The position numbers and the translations under genes are program-made. A stretch of DNA of 38,024 bases from Lachnospiraceae bacterium (GTDB lineage: Bacteria > Bacillota > Clostridia > Lachnospirales > Lachnospiraceae), in assembly GCA_022781925.1 (NCBI GenBank), contig JALESO010000059.1:1-38024 (forward strand), read 5' to 3'. Shown here one piece after another: positions 1 through 8,676 of this stretch (position 1 is the first letter of the stretch; the number at the start of each line of letters is the position of its first letter). A model generated the notes under the pieces. It saw nothing but the letters and a program-made list of their open reading frames with translations, was not told where the DNA came from and made no database searches.

Positions 1-1375
1 GATTTCCTCAAATAAAATACGAACAAATGCAAATCACAGGTTAAAGATAAAAAGTACCCAGTTATTAAAATATGCAGTAGTTTATGGAGCAAATGCATCT
101 GGAAAGACCAATCTGGCATTGTTCTTTAAATTTTTTAAAGACAGTGTCTGCAATGGTATTCCTATAGAAGCTACACAGATGTTTTGTAAGAATCGACAGG
201 AGAATAAGGAACGAGAAAGTAGTTTTGAAATTCAGATTACTGTAGGTGACAAATTTTATGCTTATGGTTTTTCGGCAGTTTTAAGCAGACGAAAAGTAAC
301 CGGAGAATGGTTATATGAATTATATCAGAATGGTTCAGCAAAATGTCTCTTTGAGCGAGAAGGAAGCAAACGTCCGATGTTAAATGATGGCATTACGCTG
401 ACAAACACAGAAAAAAATAAATTTGAAACCTATGCAGATGATTTTGAAGGAAATGAAACATCTTTGTTCCTGACAGAAATGAATCGCGGAAAAAAATATA
501 GCACACGATCTAAATTGTTGTTTTTCCGGGATGTATACGACTGGATTCAGAACCATATTTCAATCATTACACCGGATACACCATTGATTGATCTGGAATA
601 TTATTATGATGATAATTCGCTGAAGTTGATTAACAAATTGATCAAAACATTTGATACGGGTATCAGCCAGGTGAAAATTGAAGAAATTACATTGGATGAG
701 TTGTCAAATGCATTGCCAAAATCAGTATTCGATAAGATGATGCAGCATGTAAAAAATAGAATGGAAGAGCAGGAACAACCATCATCCAGAATGACAATGA
801 GGTCGAAGGAAACTTTCTTTAATATTGAAGTTGAAGGACATTCTGAACCGAAAGTCACAACAATCCGGTTGCATCATAATAAGTCATTTTATGAGTTTGG
901 ATTTGATGAAGAATCAGATGGAACAAGAAGATTATTCGATTTGATGGATATGCTGTTGAATAAACGAGAAGATGTTCTTTATGTTGTGGATGAATTGGAG
1001 AGAAGTTTACATCCGAAGTTGACAGAACGATTTTTGCAATTGTTTATGCAGCTACATGATGAGCAGTGTATGCAGCTATTGTTCACGACACATGAATCAT
1101 CTATTATGGATCAGGCTATTTTTAGAAGAGATGAAATCTGGTTTGTAGAACGTAACGCAGAAAATGCAAGCTCTATTTATTCATTAGATCGTTTCAAGGA
1201 GAGATATGATAAAGTGTTGAGCAAGGCATATCTGGAAGGAAGATATGGTGCGATACCGGTATTTTCAACATTCGATTTTGCGCGAGCAACGAGTCAGACG
1301 GATGTGCTTGCACAGACACCTGACGACTGCCACGACAGTGCAGAAAGTATTTCTGCACCTAGAGAGGAGGAGTAG
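1..1375 (+). CDS. AAA family ATPase (AAA_21/ABC-ATPase-like, AbiLi-like). Partial: the 5' end lies beyond the window.
   Basis: The reading frame is open from nt 2. Translating from the window edge gives ...VVYGANASGKTNL (Walker A) upstream of the listed ORF start. The C-terminal part has LYVVDELERSLHP (Walker B hhhhDE plus the SLHP signature of the AAA_21 family) and LLFTTHES (H-loop). The region is about 30-35% GC, against about 50% for the rest of the window. Confidence 0.8.
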   Translation, partial: ISSNKIRTNANHRLKIKSTQLLKYAVVYGANASGKTNLALFFKFFKDSVCNGIPIEATQMFCKNRQENKERESSFEIQITVGDKFYAYGFSAVLSRRKVTGEWLYELYQNGSAKCLFEREGSKRPMLNDGITLTNTEKNKFETYADDFEGNETSLFLTEMNRGKKYSTRSKLLFFRDVYDWIQNHISIITPDTPLIDLEYYYDDNSLKLINKLIKTFDTGISQVKIEEITLDELSNALPKSVFDKMMQHVKNRMEEQEQPSSRMTMRSKETFFNIEVEGHSEPKVTTIRLHHNKSFYEFGFDEESDGTRRLFDLMDMLLNKREDVLYVVDELERSLHPKLTERFLQLFMQLHDEQCMQLLFTTHESSIMDQAIFRRDEIWFVERNAENASSIYSLDRFKERYDKVLSKAYLEGRYGAIPVFSTFDFARATSQTDVLAQTPDDCHDSAESISAPREEE

Positions 1376-1377
1376 CC

Positions 1378-2079
1378 TTGGCTCCAGTAAGAAGTTATAC
1401 GAATTGGAATAGCAGAACTACAGATGATGAAGAACAGATTGAGCCTTATCGTAAATATTTCTTTATATGCGAGGGTGCTAATACTGAAACATGGTATTTC
1501 AAAAAGTTAATTGATATACGAAAAGAGTTAAATATTCATCCATTGATCGATATCCGGCTACTTGAAAAAACAGAGAGAGACAGGGACATTTCATTTCCAA
1601 GACGTTTGATTGAGTTTGCAGAAAATCAGAAAGAAAATCCGGAAATAGCATTTGATAAAGAACGAGATAAGATGATTGTTGTATTTGATGGGGATATTTT
1701 TGAAGAGAAGGTGCTTGATTATGATGAATTGGTAGCGGAAGGTGAAAAGAATAATATATTAGCGGTTAGCAATCTGGCATTTGAACTGTTTCTGCTGTTA
1801 CATTATGAAAATTCATACGAAGATGATATTGAACCAAATGCTGAACAGATTATCCAGAATGAAAAAGATGGACATCAGACGTTTATCTATAAGTTGTTAC
1901 TTGCCAGAACGGGAATCAATCCCAAAAAGAATTCTGCAATTGGAGAATTGGCGGAGAATATAGAGATTGCCATTGAGCAGGAAAAGAAAATCAACGAGGA
2001 TATTCATCAGTGTAAAGGACAGATCACATGCAATATAGGCCGGATTATTGATGAGATTCGGAAGGATGACGGGAAATAA
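1378..2079 (+). CDS. RloB-like / Toprim-like protein (AbiLii-like partner of the upstream ATPase)
   Basis: TTG start sits 2 nt after the ATPase stop codon, with GGAGGAG 6-8 nt upstream, so the two genes are translationally coupled. The N-terminal FFICEGANTETWYF matches the hallmark I/LxCEGxxTExxYF motif of RloB. The downstream VVFDGDIF supplies a Toprim-type DxD motif. The AT-rich composition is the same as in the ATPase gene. Confidence 0.7.
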   Translation: MAPVRSYTNWNSRTTDDEEQIEPYRKYFFICEGANTETWYFKKLIDIRKELNIHPLIDIRLLEKTERDRDISFPRRLIEFAENQKENPEIAFDKERDKMIVVFDGDIFEEKVLDYDELVAEGEKNNILAVSNLAFELFLLLHYENSYEDDIEPNAEQIIQNEKDGHQTFIYKLLLARTGINPKKNSAIGELAENIEIAIEQEKKINEDIHQCKGQITCNIGRIIDEIRKDDGK

Positions 2080-2083
2080 GAAA

Positions 2084-2120
2084 GCACAGAACAAACATTC
2101 GATTTGCTCTGTACTTTTTT
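2084..2120 (+). terminator. Weak putative terminator at the island/uvrB junction: an imperfect hairpin followed by T7
   Basis: agcacaga...tctgtact is an imperfect 8-bp stem with a large 17-nt loop, followed by ttttttt (2114-2120). Low stability, low confidence. Confidence 0.3.
2088..2101 (+). promoter_or_regulatory. Cheo-box-like (LexA/DinR) operator candidate upstream of uvrB
   Basis: aGAACAaacATTCG compared with the Firmicutes SOS box consensus CGAACRNRYGTTYC: the GAAC-N4-xTTC spacing is kept, with 2 mismatches in conserved positions. It lies about 120 bp upstream of the uvrB ATG. uvrBA is an SOS operon in Bacillus. Confidence 0.3.
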
Positions 2121-2222
2121 TCTTCTGAATGATATACTAGACAAGTAACAATACTAACAGAAGAGATTCTGACAGGAATAGATATTTTTTAAAGATAGAT
2201 GAAATTCACTCAGGAGGTCTGC

Positions 2223-4211
2223 ATGGATCATTTTGAATTAGTCTCACAATACAAACCAACGGGAGATCAGCCACAGGCAATCGCAGAGCTTGTGGAGGGC
2301 TTCAAGGAAGGCAATCAGTTTGAAACACTGCTTGGTGTCACCGGTTCCGGTAAGACATTTACCATGGCAAATGTCATTCAGCAGTTAAACAAACCGACAC
2401 TGATCATTGCACATAACAAAACGCTGGCGGCACAGCTGTATGGGGAAATGAAAGAATTTTTCCCACACAACGCAGTCGAATATTTTGTCTCCTATTACGA
2501 TTATTATCAGCCGGAAGCATATGTACCGTCGACGGACACCTACATTGCAAAGGATTCGGCCATCAACGAGGAGATTGACAAGTTGCGTCTGTCTGCCACT
2601 GCGGCACTGACGGAACGCAGCGATGTTATCATCGTATCCAGTGTGTCCTGCATCTATGGCCTGGGAAGTCCGGTGGATTATCAGAACATGATGGTTTCAT
2701 TGCGGCCGGGCATGGAGCGTGACCGGGATGATGTGATCCGGCAGCTCATTGATATTCAGTACATGAGAAATGATATGGATTTTCACCGGGGCACGTTCCG
2801 GGTGCGTGGTGATGTACTGGAGATTTTTCCGGCAAATAATACAGATACGGCGGTGCGTGTGGAGTTTTTCGGCGATGAGATTGACCGGATCACGGAGATT
2901 GATGTGCTGACGGGAGAGAGCAAGAGTCGTCTGGAGCATTGTGCGATCTTTCCGGCTTCTCATTATGTTGTTCCGCAGGAAAAGATCAATCAGGCTACGG
3001 TAGAGATTGAAAAAGAGATGGAAGAGCGTGTGCGTTATTTTAAGGGTGAGGATAAGCTGATCGAAGCACAGCGTATCGCGGAGCGCACGAATTTTGATAT
3101 TGAGATGCTGCGTGAGACCGGTTTTTGCAGTGGTATTGAAAACTATTCGAGACATCTGGCAGGACTGGAACCCGGGGTTCCACCCTACACGCTGATCGAC
3201 TATTTTCCGGAGGAATTTTTGATCATTGTGGATGAGTCCCATATTACGATTCCGCAGGTGCGGGGCATGTATGCCGGAGATCAGTCGAGAAAATCGACAC
3301 TGGTTGATTATGGTTTCCGTCTGCCGTCTGCGAAGGACAACCGACCGTTAAATTTTGAGGAATTTGAGAGTAAGATCGATCAGATGCTCTTTGTGTCTGC
3401 AACACCGAATGTGTATGAAAAAGAGCATGAATTACTGCGTGCAGAGCAGATCATCCGTCCGACGGGGCTGCTGGATCCGTATGTGGAAGTGCGTCCGGTA
3501 GAGGGGCAGATTGACGATCTGATCGGTGAGGTCAATAAGGAAACGTCAGCAGGACACAAAGTGCTGATCACGACACTGACCAAGAAAATGGCAGAGGATC
3601 TGACCGATTATATGCGTGAGATCGGTATCCGGGTCAAATATCTGCATTCCGACATTGATACGCTGGAGCGTGCGGAGATTATCCGGGATCTGCGTCTGGA
3701 TGTGTTTGATGTGCTGGTGGGAATCAACCTTCTGCGAGAAGGACTGGATATTCCGGAGATTACTCTGGTGGCGATCCTGGATGCGGACAAGGAAGGATTC
3801 CTCCGTTCTGAGACTTCTCTGATTCAGACCATCGGACGTGCGGCGCGAAACAGCGAAGGACATGTCATCATGTATGCGGATACGATTACGGATTCCATGC
3901 GTCTGGCCCTAGATGAGACGGAGCGCCGTCGAGCGATTCAGATGGCATACAATGAGGAGCATGGCATTACACCGAAGACGATCCAGAAATCTGTCCGGGA
4001 TCTGATCAGTATTTCCAAGAAGGTTGCGCAGGAGGAGATGCAGCTGAAGAAAGATCCGGAGTCCATGAGTAAGAAAGAACTGGAGAAACTCATTAAGGAT
4101 GTGGAGAAAAAGATGAAGAAAGCAGCGGCGGAACTGAATTTCGAGGCGGCAGCCCAGCTGCGTGACCAGATGGTGGATCTGAAGAAAATGCTGCAGAAAA
4201 TGGATTCATAG
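2223..4211 (+). CDS. uvrB: Excinuclease ABC subunit B
   Basis: [26 protein letters not shown]...[11 protein letters not shown]...[15 protein letters not shown] is collinear with B. subtilis and E. coli UvrB. AGGAGG lies 6 nt before the ATG at 2223. The upstream in-frame ATG at 2199 has no RBS. Confidence 0.95.
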   Translation: MDHFELVSQYKPTGDQPQAIAELVEGFKEGNQFETLLGVTGSGKTFTMANVIQQLNKPTLIIAHNKTLAAQLYGEMKEFFPHNAVEYFVSYYDYYQPEAYVPSTDTYIAKDSAINEEIDKLRLSATAALTERSDVIIVSSVSCIYGLGSPVDYQNMMVSLRPGMERDRDDVIRQLIDIQYMRNDMDFHRGTFRVRGDVLEIFPANNTDTAVRVEFFGDEIDRITEIDVLTGESKSRLEHCAIFPASHYVVPQEKINQATVEIEKEMEERVRYFKGEDKLIEAQRIAERTNFDIEMLRETGFCSGIENYSRHLAGLEPGVPPYTLIDYFPEEFLIIVDESHITIPQVRGMYAGDQSRKSTLVDYGFRLPSAKDNRPLNFEEFESKIDQMLFVSATPNVYEKEHELLRAEQIIRPTGLLDPYVEVRPVEGQIDDLIGEVNKETSAGHKVLITTLTKKMAEDLTDYMREIGIRVKYLHSDIDTLERAEIIRDLRLDVFDVLVGINLLREGLDIPEITLVAILDADKEGFLRSETSLIQTIGRAARNSEGHVIMYADTITDSMRLALDETERRRAIQMAYNEEHGITPKTIQKSVRDLISISKKVAQEEMQLKKDPESMSKKELEKLIKDVEKKMKKAAAELNFEAAAQLRDQMVDLKKMLQKMDS

Positions 4212-4242
4212 CCGGCAGCAGAGTAATAAGATACCGTGAATA

Positions 4243-4278
4243 TAAAACAGTGAAATTGTAAAAAGTAAAACAGTGAAA
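4243..4278 (+). repeat. Direct repeat TAAAACAGTGAAA x2 (plus two more GTGAA cores) in the uvrB-uvrA spacer
   Basis: 4243-4255 and 4266-4278 are identical 13-mers 23 bp apart. ccGTGAAtat at 4234 and gcGAAAg downstream repeat the core. Confidence 0.4.
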
Positions 4279-4304
4279 CAGCGAAAGAAGAGAGAGTAAC
4301 AGAT

Positions 4305-7127
4305 ATGGCACAACAATATATTAAGATCAAAGGAGCCAATGAGCACAATCTGAAAAATATCGATGTCACCCTGCCAAGGGACAAGTTTATCGTGCTGACC
4401 GGCCTGTCCGGTTCCGGAAAGTCCTCACTGGCCTTTGATACCATTTATGCAGAGGGACAGCGCCGGTATATGGAATCCTTATCATCCTATGCCCGGCAGT
4501 TCCTTGGACAGATGGAAAAACCGAATGTGGAGAAGATCGAGGGATTGTCCCCGGCGATCTCCATTGACCAGAAATCCACGAACCGCAATCCGCGTTCTAC
4601 CGTGGGAACCGTGACGGAAATCTATGATTATTTTCGTCTGCTGTATGCACGGATTGGTATTCCGCATTGTCCGAAATGTGGAAAGGAGATCAAAAAGCAG
4701 ACGGTAGATCAGATGGCAGATCAGATCATGCAGCTCCCGGAACGGACGAAGATCCAGCTGCTGGCACCGGTGGTGCGGGGCAGAAAAGGTACCCATCAGA
4801 AGCTGCTGGACAGCATCAAGCGCAGCGGCTATGTCCGTGTGCAGATTGACGGAAGTGTGTATGAGCTGACGGAAGAGATCAGTCTGGACAAAAATAAAAA
4901 GCACAACATTGAGGTCGTGGTTGACCGTCTGGTAGTAAAGGAAGGAATTGAAAAACGTCTGGTGGATTCCATTGAAAATGTACTGGAACTGGCGGACGGA
5001 CTGATGACGGTGGATGTCATCGGAGGGGATGCAATTCAGTTTTCCCAGAGTTTTTCCTGTCCGGACTGCGGCATCAGTATTGATGAGATCGAACCGCGAA
5101 GCTTTTCCTTTAACAATCCTTTTGGTGCCTGCCCGGAGTGTTTCGGACTTGGCTACAAAATGGAATTTGATGAAGACCTGATGATCCCGGACAAGAGTCT
5201 GTCACTGGCAGAAGGGGCGATCCAGGTCATGGGATGGCAGTCTTCCAGTGATCCTTCCAGTTACACCTATGCGATTCTGAAAGCGTTGGCGGAGGAGTAT
5301 GATTTTGATCTGAACACACCTTACGAAGAACTGCCGGAAGCAGTGCGGAATGTGATCCTCCATGGAACGGATGGCAAAAAAGTGGTGGTACATTATCGCG
5401 GCCAGCGTGGTGTCGGTGTTTACGATGTGGCATTTGAGGGACTGATCCGCAATGTGGAGCGTCGTTACCGTGAGACGGGATCAGATCTGACCAAGCAGGA
5501 ATACGAGACATTTATGCGGATCACACCGTGTAAAGCATGTCATGGTCAGCGACTGAAGAAAGAATCTCTGGCCGTTACCATTGCGGATAAAAATATTCAC
5601 GAGATCACATCCATGTCGGTAAAAGATCTGTGCGTTTTCCTGGAAGATCTGGAACTGACACCACAGCAGCATCTGATCGGTGATCAGATTTTAAAAGAGA
5701 TTCGTGCCCGTGTGGGCTTCCTGAAAGAAGTAGGACTGGAATATCTGACCCTGTCCCGTGCAACGGGAACACTGTCCGGCGGAGAAGCTCAGCGTATCCG
5801 TCTGGCGACACAGATCGGTTCCGGTCTGGTGGGGGTTGCCTATATCCTGGATGAGCCGAGTATCGGTCTGCATCAGAGGGATAATGACAAGCTGCTGGCG
5901 GCATTAAAGAATCTGAAAGATCTTGGCAACACGCTGATCGTCGTGGAACACGATGAGGATACTATGCGCGCGGCGGATTATATTGTGGATATCGGTCCGG
6001 GAGCCGGAGAACATGGTGGAGAAGTCGTGGCAGCCGGTACGGTAGAGGACATCATGGCATGTGAGAGATCACTGACAGGCGCATATCTGAGCGGCAGACT
6101 GGTGATCCCGGTGCCGGAGCAGCGCAAAGAGCCTACCGGATTTATCACTGTCCGGGGGGCACAGGAGAACAACCTGAAAAATGTAGATGTGAAGATTCCG
6201 CTGGGCGTCATGACCTGTGTGACCGGTGTATCAGGTTCGGGCAAAAGCTCTCTGGTCAATGAAATCCTGTACAAGCATCTGGCGCGGACATTGAACCGTG
6301 CACGTTGTATTCCGGGGAAACATAAAGGCATCGACGGGCTGGAACAGCTGGATAAAGTGATCTGCATCGATCAGTCTCCCATCGGAAGAACACCGCGTTC
6401 CAATCCGGCGACATATACCGGTGTGTTTGATCAGATCCGTGATCTGTTTGCGGCAACGCCGGATGCGAAAGCGAGAGGATACAAAAAAGGTCGTTTCAGT
6501 TTTAATGTCAAGGGGGGACGCTGCGAGGCATGCTCTGGTGACGGTATCTTAAAGATCGAGATGCATTTCCTGCCGGATGTGTATGTGCCATGTGAAGTAT
6601 GTCAGGGAAAACGTTATAACCGTGAGACTCTGGAAATCAAGTATAAAGGAAAAAGCATTTATGATGTGCTGGACATGACGGTGGAGGAAGCACTGACCTT
6701 CTTTGAAAATGTACCTTCCATTCAGCGGAAGATCCAGACTTTATATGATGTGGGACTGTCTTATGTGCGGCTCGGTCAGCCGTCCACGACACTGTCCGGT
6801 GGAGAAGCCCAGCGTATCAAACTGGCAACGGAACTGAGCAAACGCAGCACCGGCAGAACCATCTATATTCTGGATGAGCCGACAACGGGACTGCATTTTG
6901 CGGATGTGCATAAGCTGATCGAGATCCTGCACCGGCTGGCAGACGGAGGCAACACGGTGGTCGTTATCGAGCACAACCTGGATGTCATCAAGACGGCGGA
7001 CTATATCATTGATATGGGCCCGGAAGGCGGCGATGGCGGCGGAACGGTGATCGCAGAAGGTACACCGGAACAGGTGGCGGAGAATCCGATCTCTTATACC
7101 GGAAAATACGTGAAGAAATACCTGTAA
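4305..7127 (+). CDS. uvrA: Excinuclease ABC subunit A
   Basis: [55 protein letters not shown]... contains two ABC ATPase modules (GLSGSGKSS and [10 protein letters not shown]) and zinc-finger CxxC pairs. It is 940 aa. Confidence 0.97.
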   Translation: MAQQYIKIKGANEHNLKNIDVTLPRDKFIVLTGLSGSGKSSLAFDTIYAEGQRRYMESLSSYARQFLGQMEKPNVEKIEGLSPAISIDQKSTNRNPRSTVGTVTEIYDYFRLLYARIGIPHCPKCGKEIKKQTVDQMADQIMQLPERTKIQLLAPVVRGRKGTHQKLLDSIKRSGYVRVQIDGSVYELTEEISLDKNKKHNIEVVVDRLVVKEGIEKRLVDSIENVLELADGLMTVDVIGGDAIQFSQSFSCPDCGISIDEIEPRSFSFNNPFGACPECFGLGYKMEFDEDLMIPDKSLSLAEGAIQVMGWQSSSDPSSYTYAILKALAEEYDFDLNTPYEELPEAVRNVILHGTDGKKVVVHYRGQRGVGVYDVAFEGLIRNVERRYRETGSDLTKQEYETFMRITPCKACHGQRLKKESLAVTIADKNIHEITSMSVKDLCVFLEDLELTPQQHLIGDQILKEIRARVGFLKEVGLEYLTLSRATGTLSGGEAQRIRLATQIGSGLVGVAYILDEPSIGLHQRDNDKLLAALKNLKDLGNTLIVVEHDEDTMRAADYIVDIGPGAGEHGGEVVAAGTVEDIMACERSLTGAYLSGRLVIPVPEQRKEPTGFITVRGAQENNLKNVDVKIPLGVMTCVTGVSGSGKSSLVNEILYKHLARTLNRARCIPGKHKGIDGLEQLDKVICIDQSPIGRTPRSNPATYTGVFDQIRDLFAATPDAKARGYKKGRFSFNVKGGRCEACSGDGILKIEMHFLPDVYVPCEVCQGKRYNRETLEIKYKGKSIYDVLDMTVEEALTFFENVPSIQRKIQTLYDVGLSYVRLGQPSTTLSGGEAQRIKLATELSKRSTGRTIYILDEPTTGLHFADVHKLIEILHRLADGGNTVVVIEHNLDVIKTADYIIDMGPEGGDGGGTVIAEGTPEQVAENPISYTGKYVKKYL

Positions 7128-7202
7128 TGCTTCTGAGAAAAACAGAGCCTTGAAAAGGTATTTTGCGAATGGCTCTGAAAAACATTGATAATAGAAATAA
7201 AA

Positions 7203-7266
7203 GGCACCGCATCTGCGGTGCCTGAATATTCGGGGAGTACTTCCCGGACTTGGGGGATCCGGGAAG
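7203..7266 (+). terminator. Two consecutive GC-rich hairpins downstream of uvrA (likely uvrBA terminator region)
   Basis: Hairpin 1: ggcaccgc-atct-gcggtgcc (7203-7222, 8-bp stem), with A-rich sequence 5' and a weak T-run 3'. Hairpin 2: cttcccgg-(11 nt loop)-ccgggaag (7240-7266, 8-bp stem). Neither has a canonical T-tract. Confidence 0.45.
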
Positions 7267-7459
7267 CTTGAGTTATGAAAAATTTATTATAAAAAGCGTA
7301 AGCCTTTTATAATCGATTACGAGTGTTAGTATAAAAAGAGAATGTGTCCATTCTGTGATAAAAATGCGAACATTTTGGAAAAAAAGAATTACTTTTCCTA
7401 AAAAAATATTAAGAAATGGTTAAATCATCGTGGATTTCTCTGAAAAGGAAAAAAATACT

Positions 7460-7487
7460 TTGAAAAATGCAATTATTTGTATATAAT
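7460..7487 (+). promoter_or_regulatory. Sigma-A-type promoter for the mreB-like gene (extended -10)
   Basis: TTGAAA (7460-7465), a 16-nt spacer, then TGtTATAAT (TG at 7479-7480, TATAAT at 7482-7487). It sits in a 190-bp tract of about 25% GC. Confidence 0.5.
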
Positions 7488-7500
7488 AAAAACGCGTATG

Positions 7501-7526
7501 CCGCTTCCTGTTTTGAAACAGGGCGG
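7501..7526 (+). other. Stable stem-loop in the 5' leader of the mreB-like gene
   Basis: ccgc-tt-cctgtt-ttga-aacagg-gcgg gives 10 bp with one 2-nt bulge. It starts about 14 nt after the -10 element and about 100 nt before the RBS. Confidence 0.4.
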
Positions 7527-7629
7527 TGAACATGATTTTAAGATAGACAATCGTATAAAAAGCAGATGTAATTAGAAGCATAAGTAGTAATAGGTAATAG
7601 AAGCATAAGATGGGAAAGGAGTAAATGAG

Positions 7630-8625
7630 ATGATTTCAACTGATATTGGAATTGATTTAGGAACAGCAAGTATTCTTGTTTATGTCAAAGGCAAAGGCGT
7701 TGTATTAAAAGAGCCGTCTGTTGTAGCATTTGACCGTGATACAAATAAAATAAAAGCAATTGGTGAGGAAGCACGACTGATGCTGGGAAGAACACCGGGC
7801 AATATCGTAGCCGTAAGACCGCTGCGTCAGGGTGTTATTTCTGATTATACAGTAACAGAAAAAATGATGAAATACTTCATCCAGAAAGCAGTCGGCAAAA
7901 AGAGCTTCCGTAAACCGCTGATCAGTGTCTGTGTACCGAGTGGTGTTACAGAGGTTGAGAAAAAAGCCGTTGAGGATGCGACATTCCAGGCAGGAGCCAG
8001 AGATGTAAAGATCATCGAGGAACCGATCGCAGCAGCCATCGGCGCAGGTATCGATATTTCCAGACCGTGTGGAAACATGATCGTAGATATCGGTGGTGGT
8101 ACCGCAGATATCGCTGTTATCTCACTGGGCGGTACCGTAGTAAGTACATCTATCAAAATCGCTGGAGACGATTTTGATGAAGCGCTTGTACGTTATATGA
8201 GAAAGAAACATAATCTTCTGATCGGTGAGCGTACCGCAGAGGATATCAAGATCAAGATTGGTACATGCTATCCGTTACCGGAACCGATGACACTGGATGT
8301 CAGAGGACGAAACCTGGTAACAGGACTGCCGAAGACCGTAACCGTTTCTTCCGAGGAGACAGAAGAAGCGCTGCGTGAGGCAACCATGCAGATTGTAGAT
8401 GCCGTACACAGTGTCCTGGAGAAGACACCGCCAGAGCTGGCCGCCGATGTGGCAGACCGCGGAATCGTTCTTACCGGAGGCGGAGCACTGCTTCGTGGAC
8501 TGGAAGAGCTGATTGAGTCACACACCGGAATCAATACCATGACAGCAGAGGATCCGATGACCTGTGTTGCCATTGGAACCGGAAAATATGTAGAATTCCT
8601 TTCCGGAAAAAGAGACGAGCAGTAA
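7630..8625 (+). CDS. mreB: Rod-shape determining actin homologue, MreB/Mbl family (solitary, no mreCD downstream)
   Basis: MISTDIGIDLGTASILVYVKGKGVVLKEPSVVAF...VDIGGGTADIAVISLGG is a typical MreB sequence. The RBS GGAAAGGAG is present. Confidence 0.9.
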   Translation: MISTDIGIDLGTASILVYVKGKGVVLKEPSVVAFDRDTNKIKAIGEEARLMLGRTPGNIVAVRPLRQGVISDYTVTEKMMKYFIQKAVGKKSFRKPLISVCVPSGVTEVEKKAVEDATFQAGARDVKIIEEPIAAAIGAGIDISRPCGNMIVDIGGGTADIAVISLGGTVVSTSIKIAGDDFDEALVRYMRKKHNLLIGERTAEDIKIKIGTCYPLPEPMTLDVRGRNLVTGLPKTVTVSSEETEEALREATMQIVDAVHSVLEKTPPELAADVADRGIVLTGGGALLRGLEELIESHTGINTMTAEDPMTCVAIGTGKYVEFLSGKRDEQ

Positions 8626-8630
8626 ATAAT

Positions 8631-8661
8631 GAGAGACAGTCATCAGGCTGTCTCTTTTGCT
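8631..8661 (+). terminator. Rho-independent terminator after mreB
   Basis: agagacag-(8 nt)-ctgtctct is an 8-bp stem, followed by tttgctt. Confidence 0.6.
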
Positions 8662-8676
8662 TAAACAGGGAGAATT

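Noticed and set aside
2199-2222. Upstream in-frame ATG extending uvrB by 8 codons (MKFTQEVC)
   Set aside because: AGGAGG sits inside the extension, 6 nt before ATG 2223. Orthologous UvrB proteins begin at the MDHFEL-equivalent position.
7342-7401. 19-codon mini-ORF MCPFCDKNANILEKKNYFS in the uvrA-mreB spacer
   Set aside because: There is only a weak AGAG 4 nt upstream. An AT-rich intergenic region generates such ORFs by chance. It is noted only because of the CxxC.
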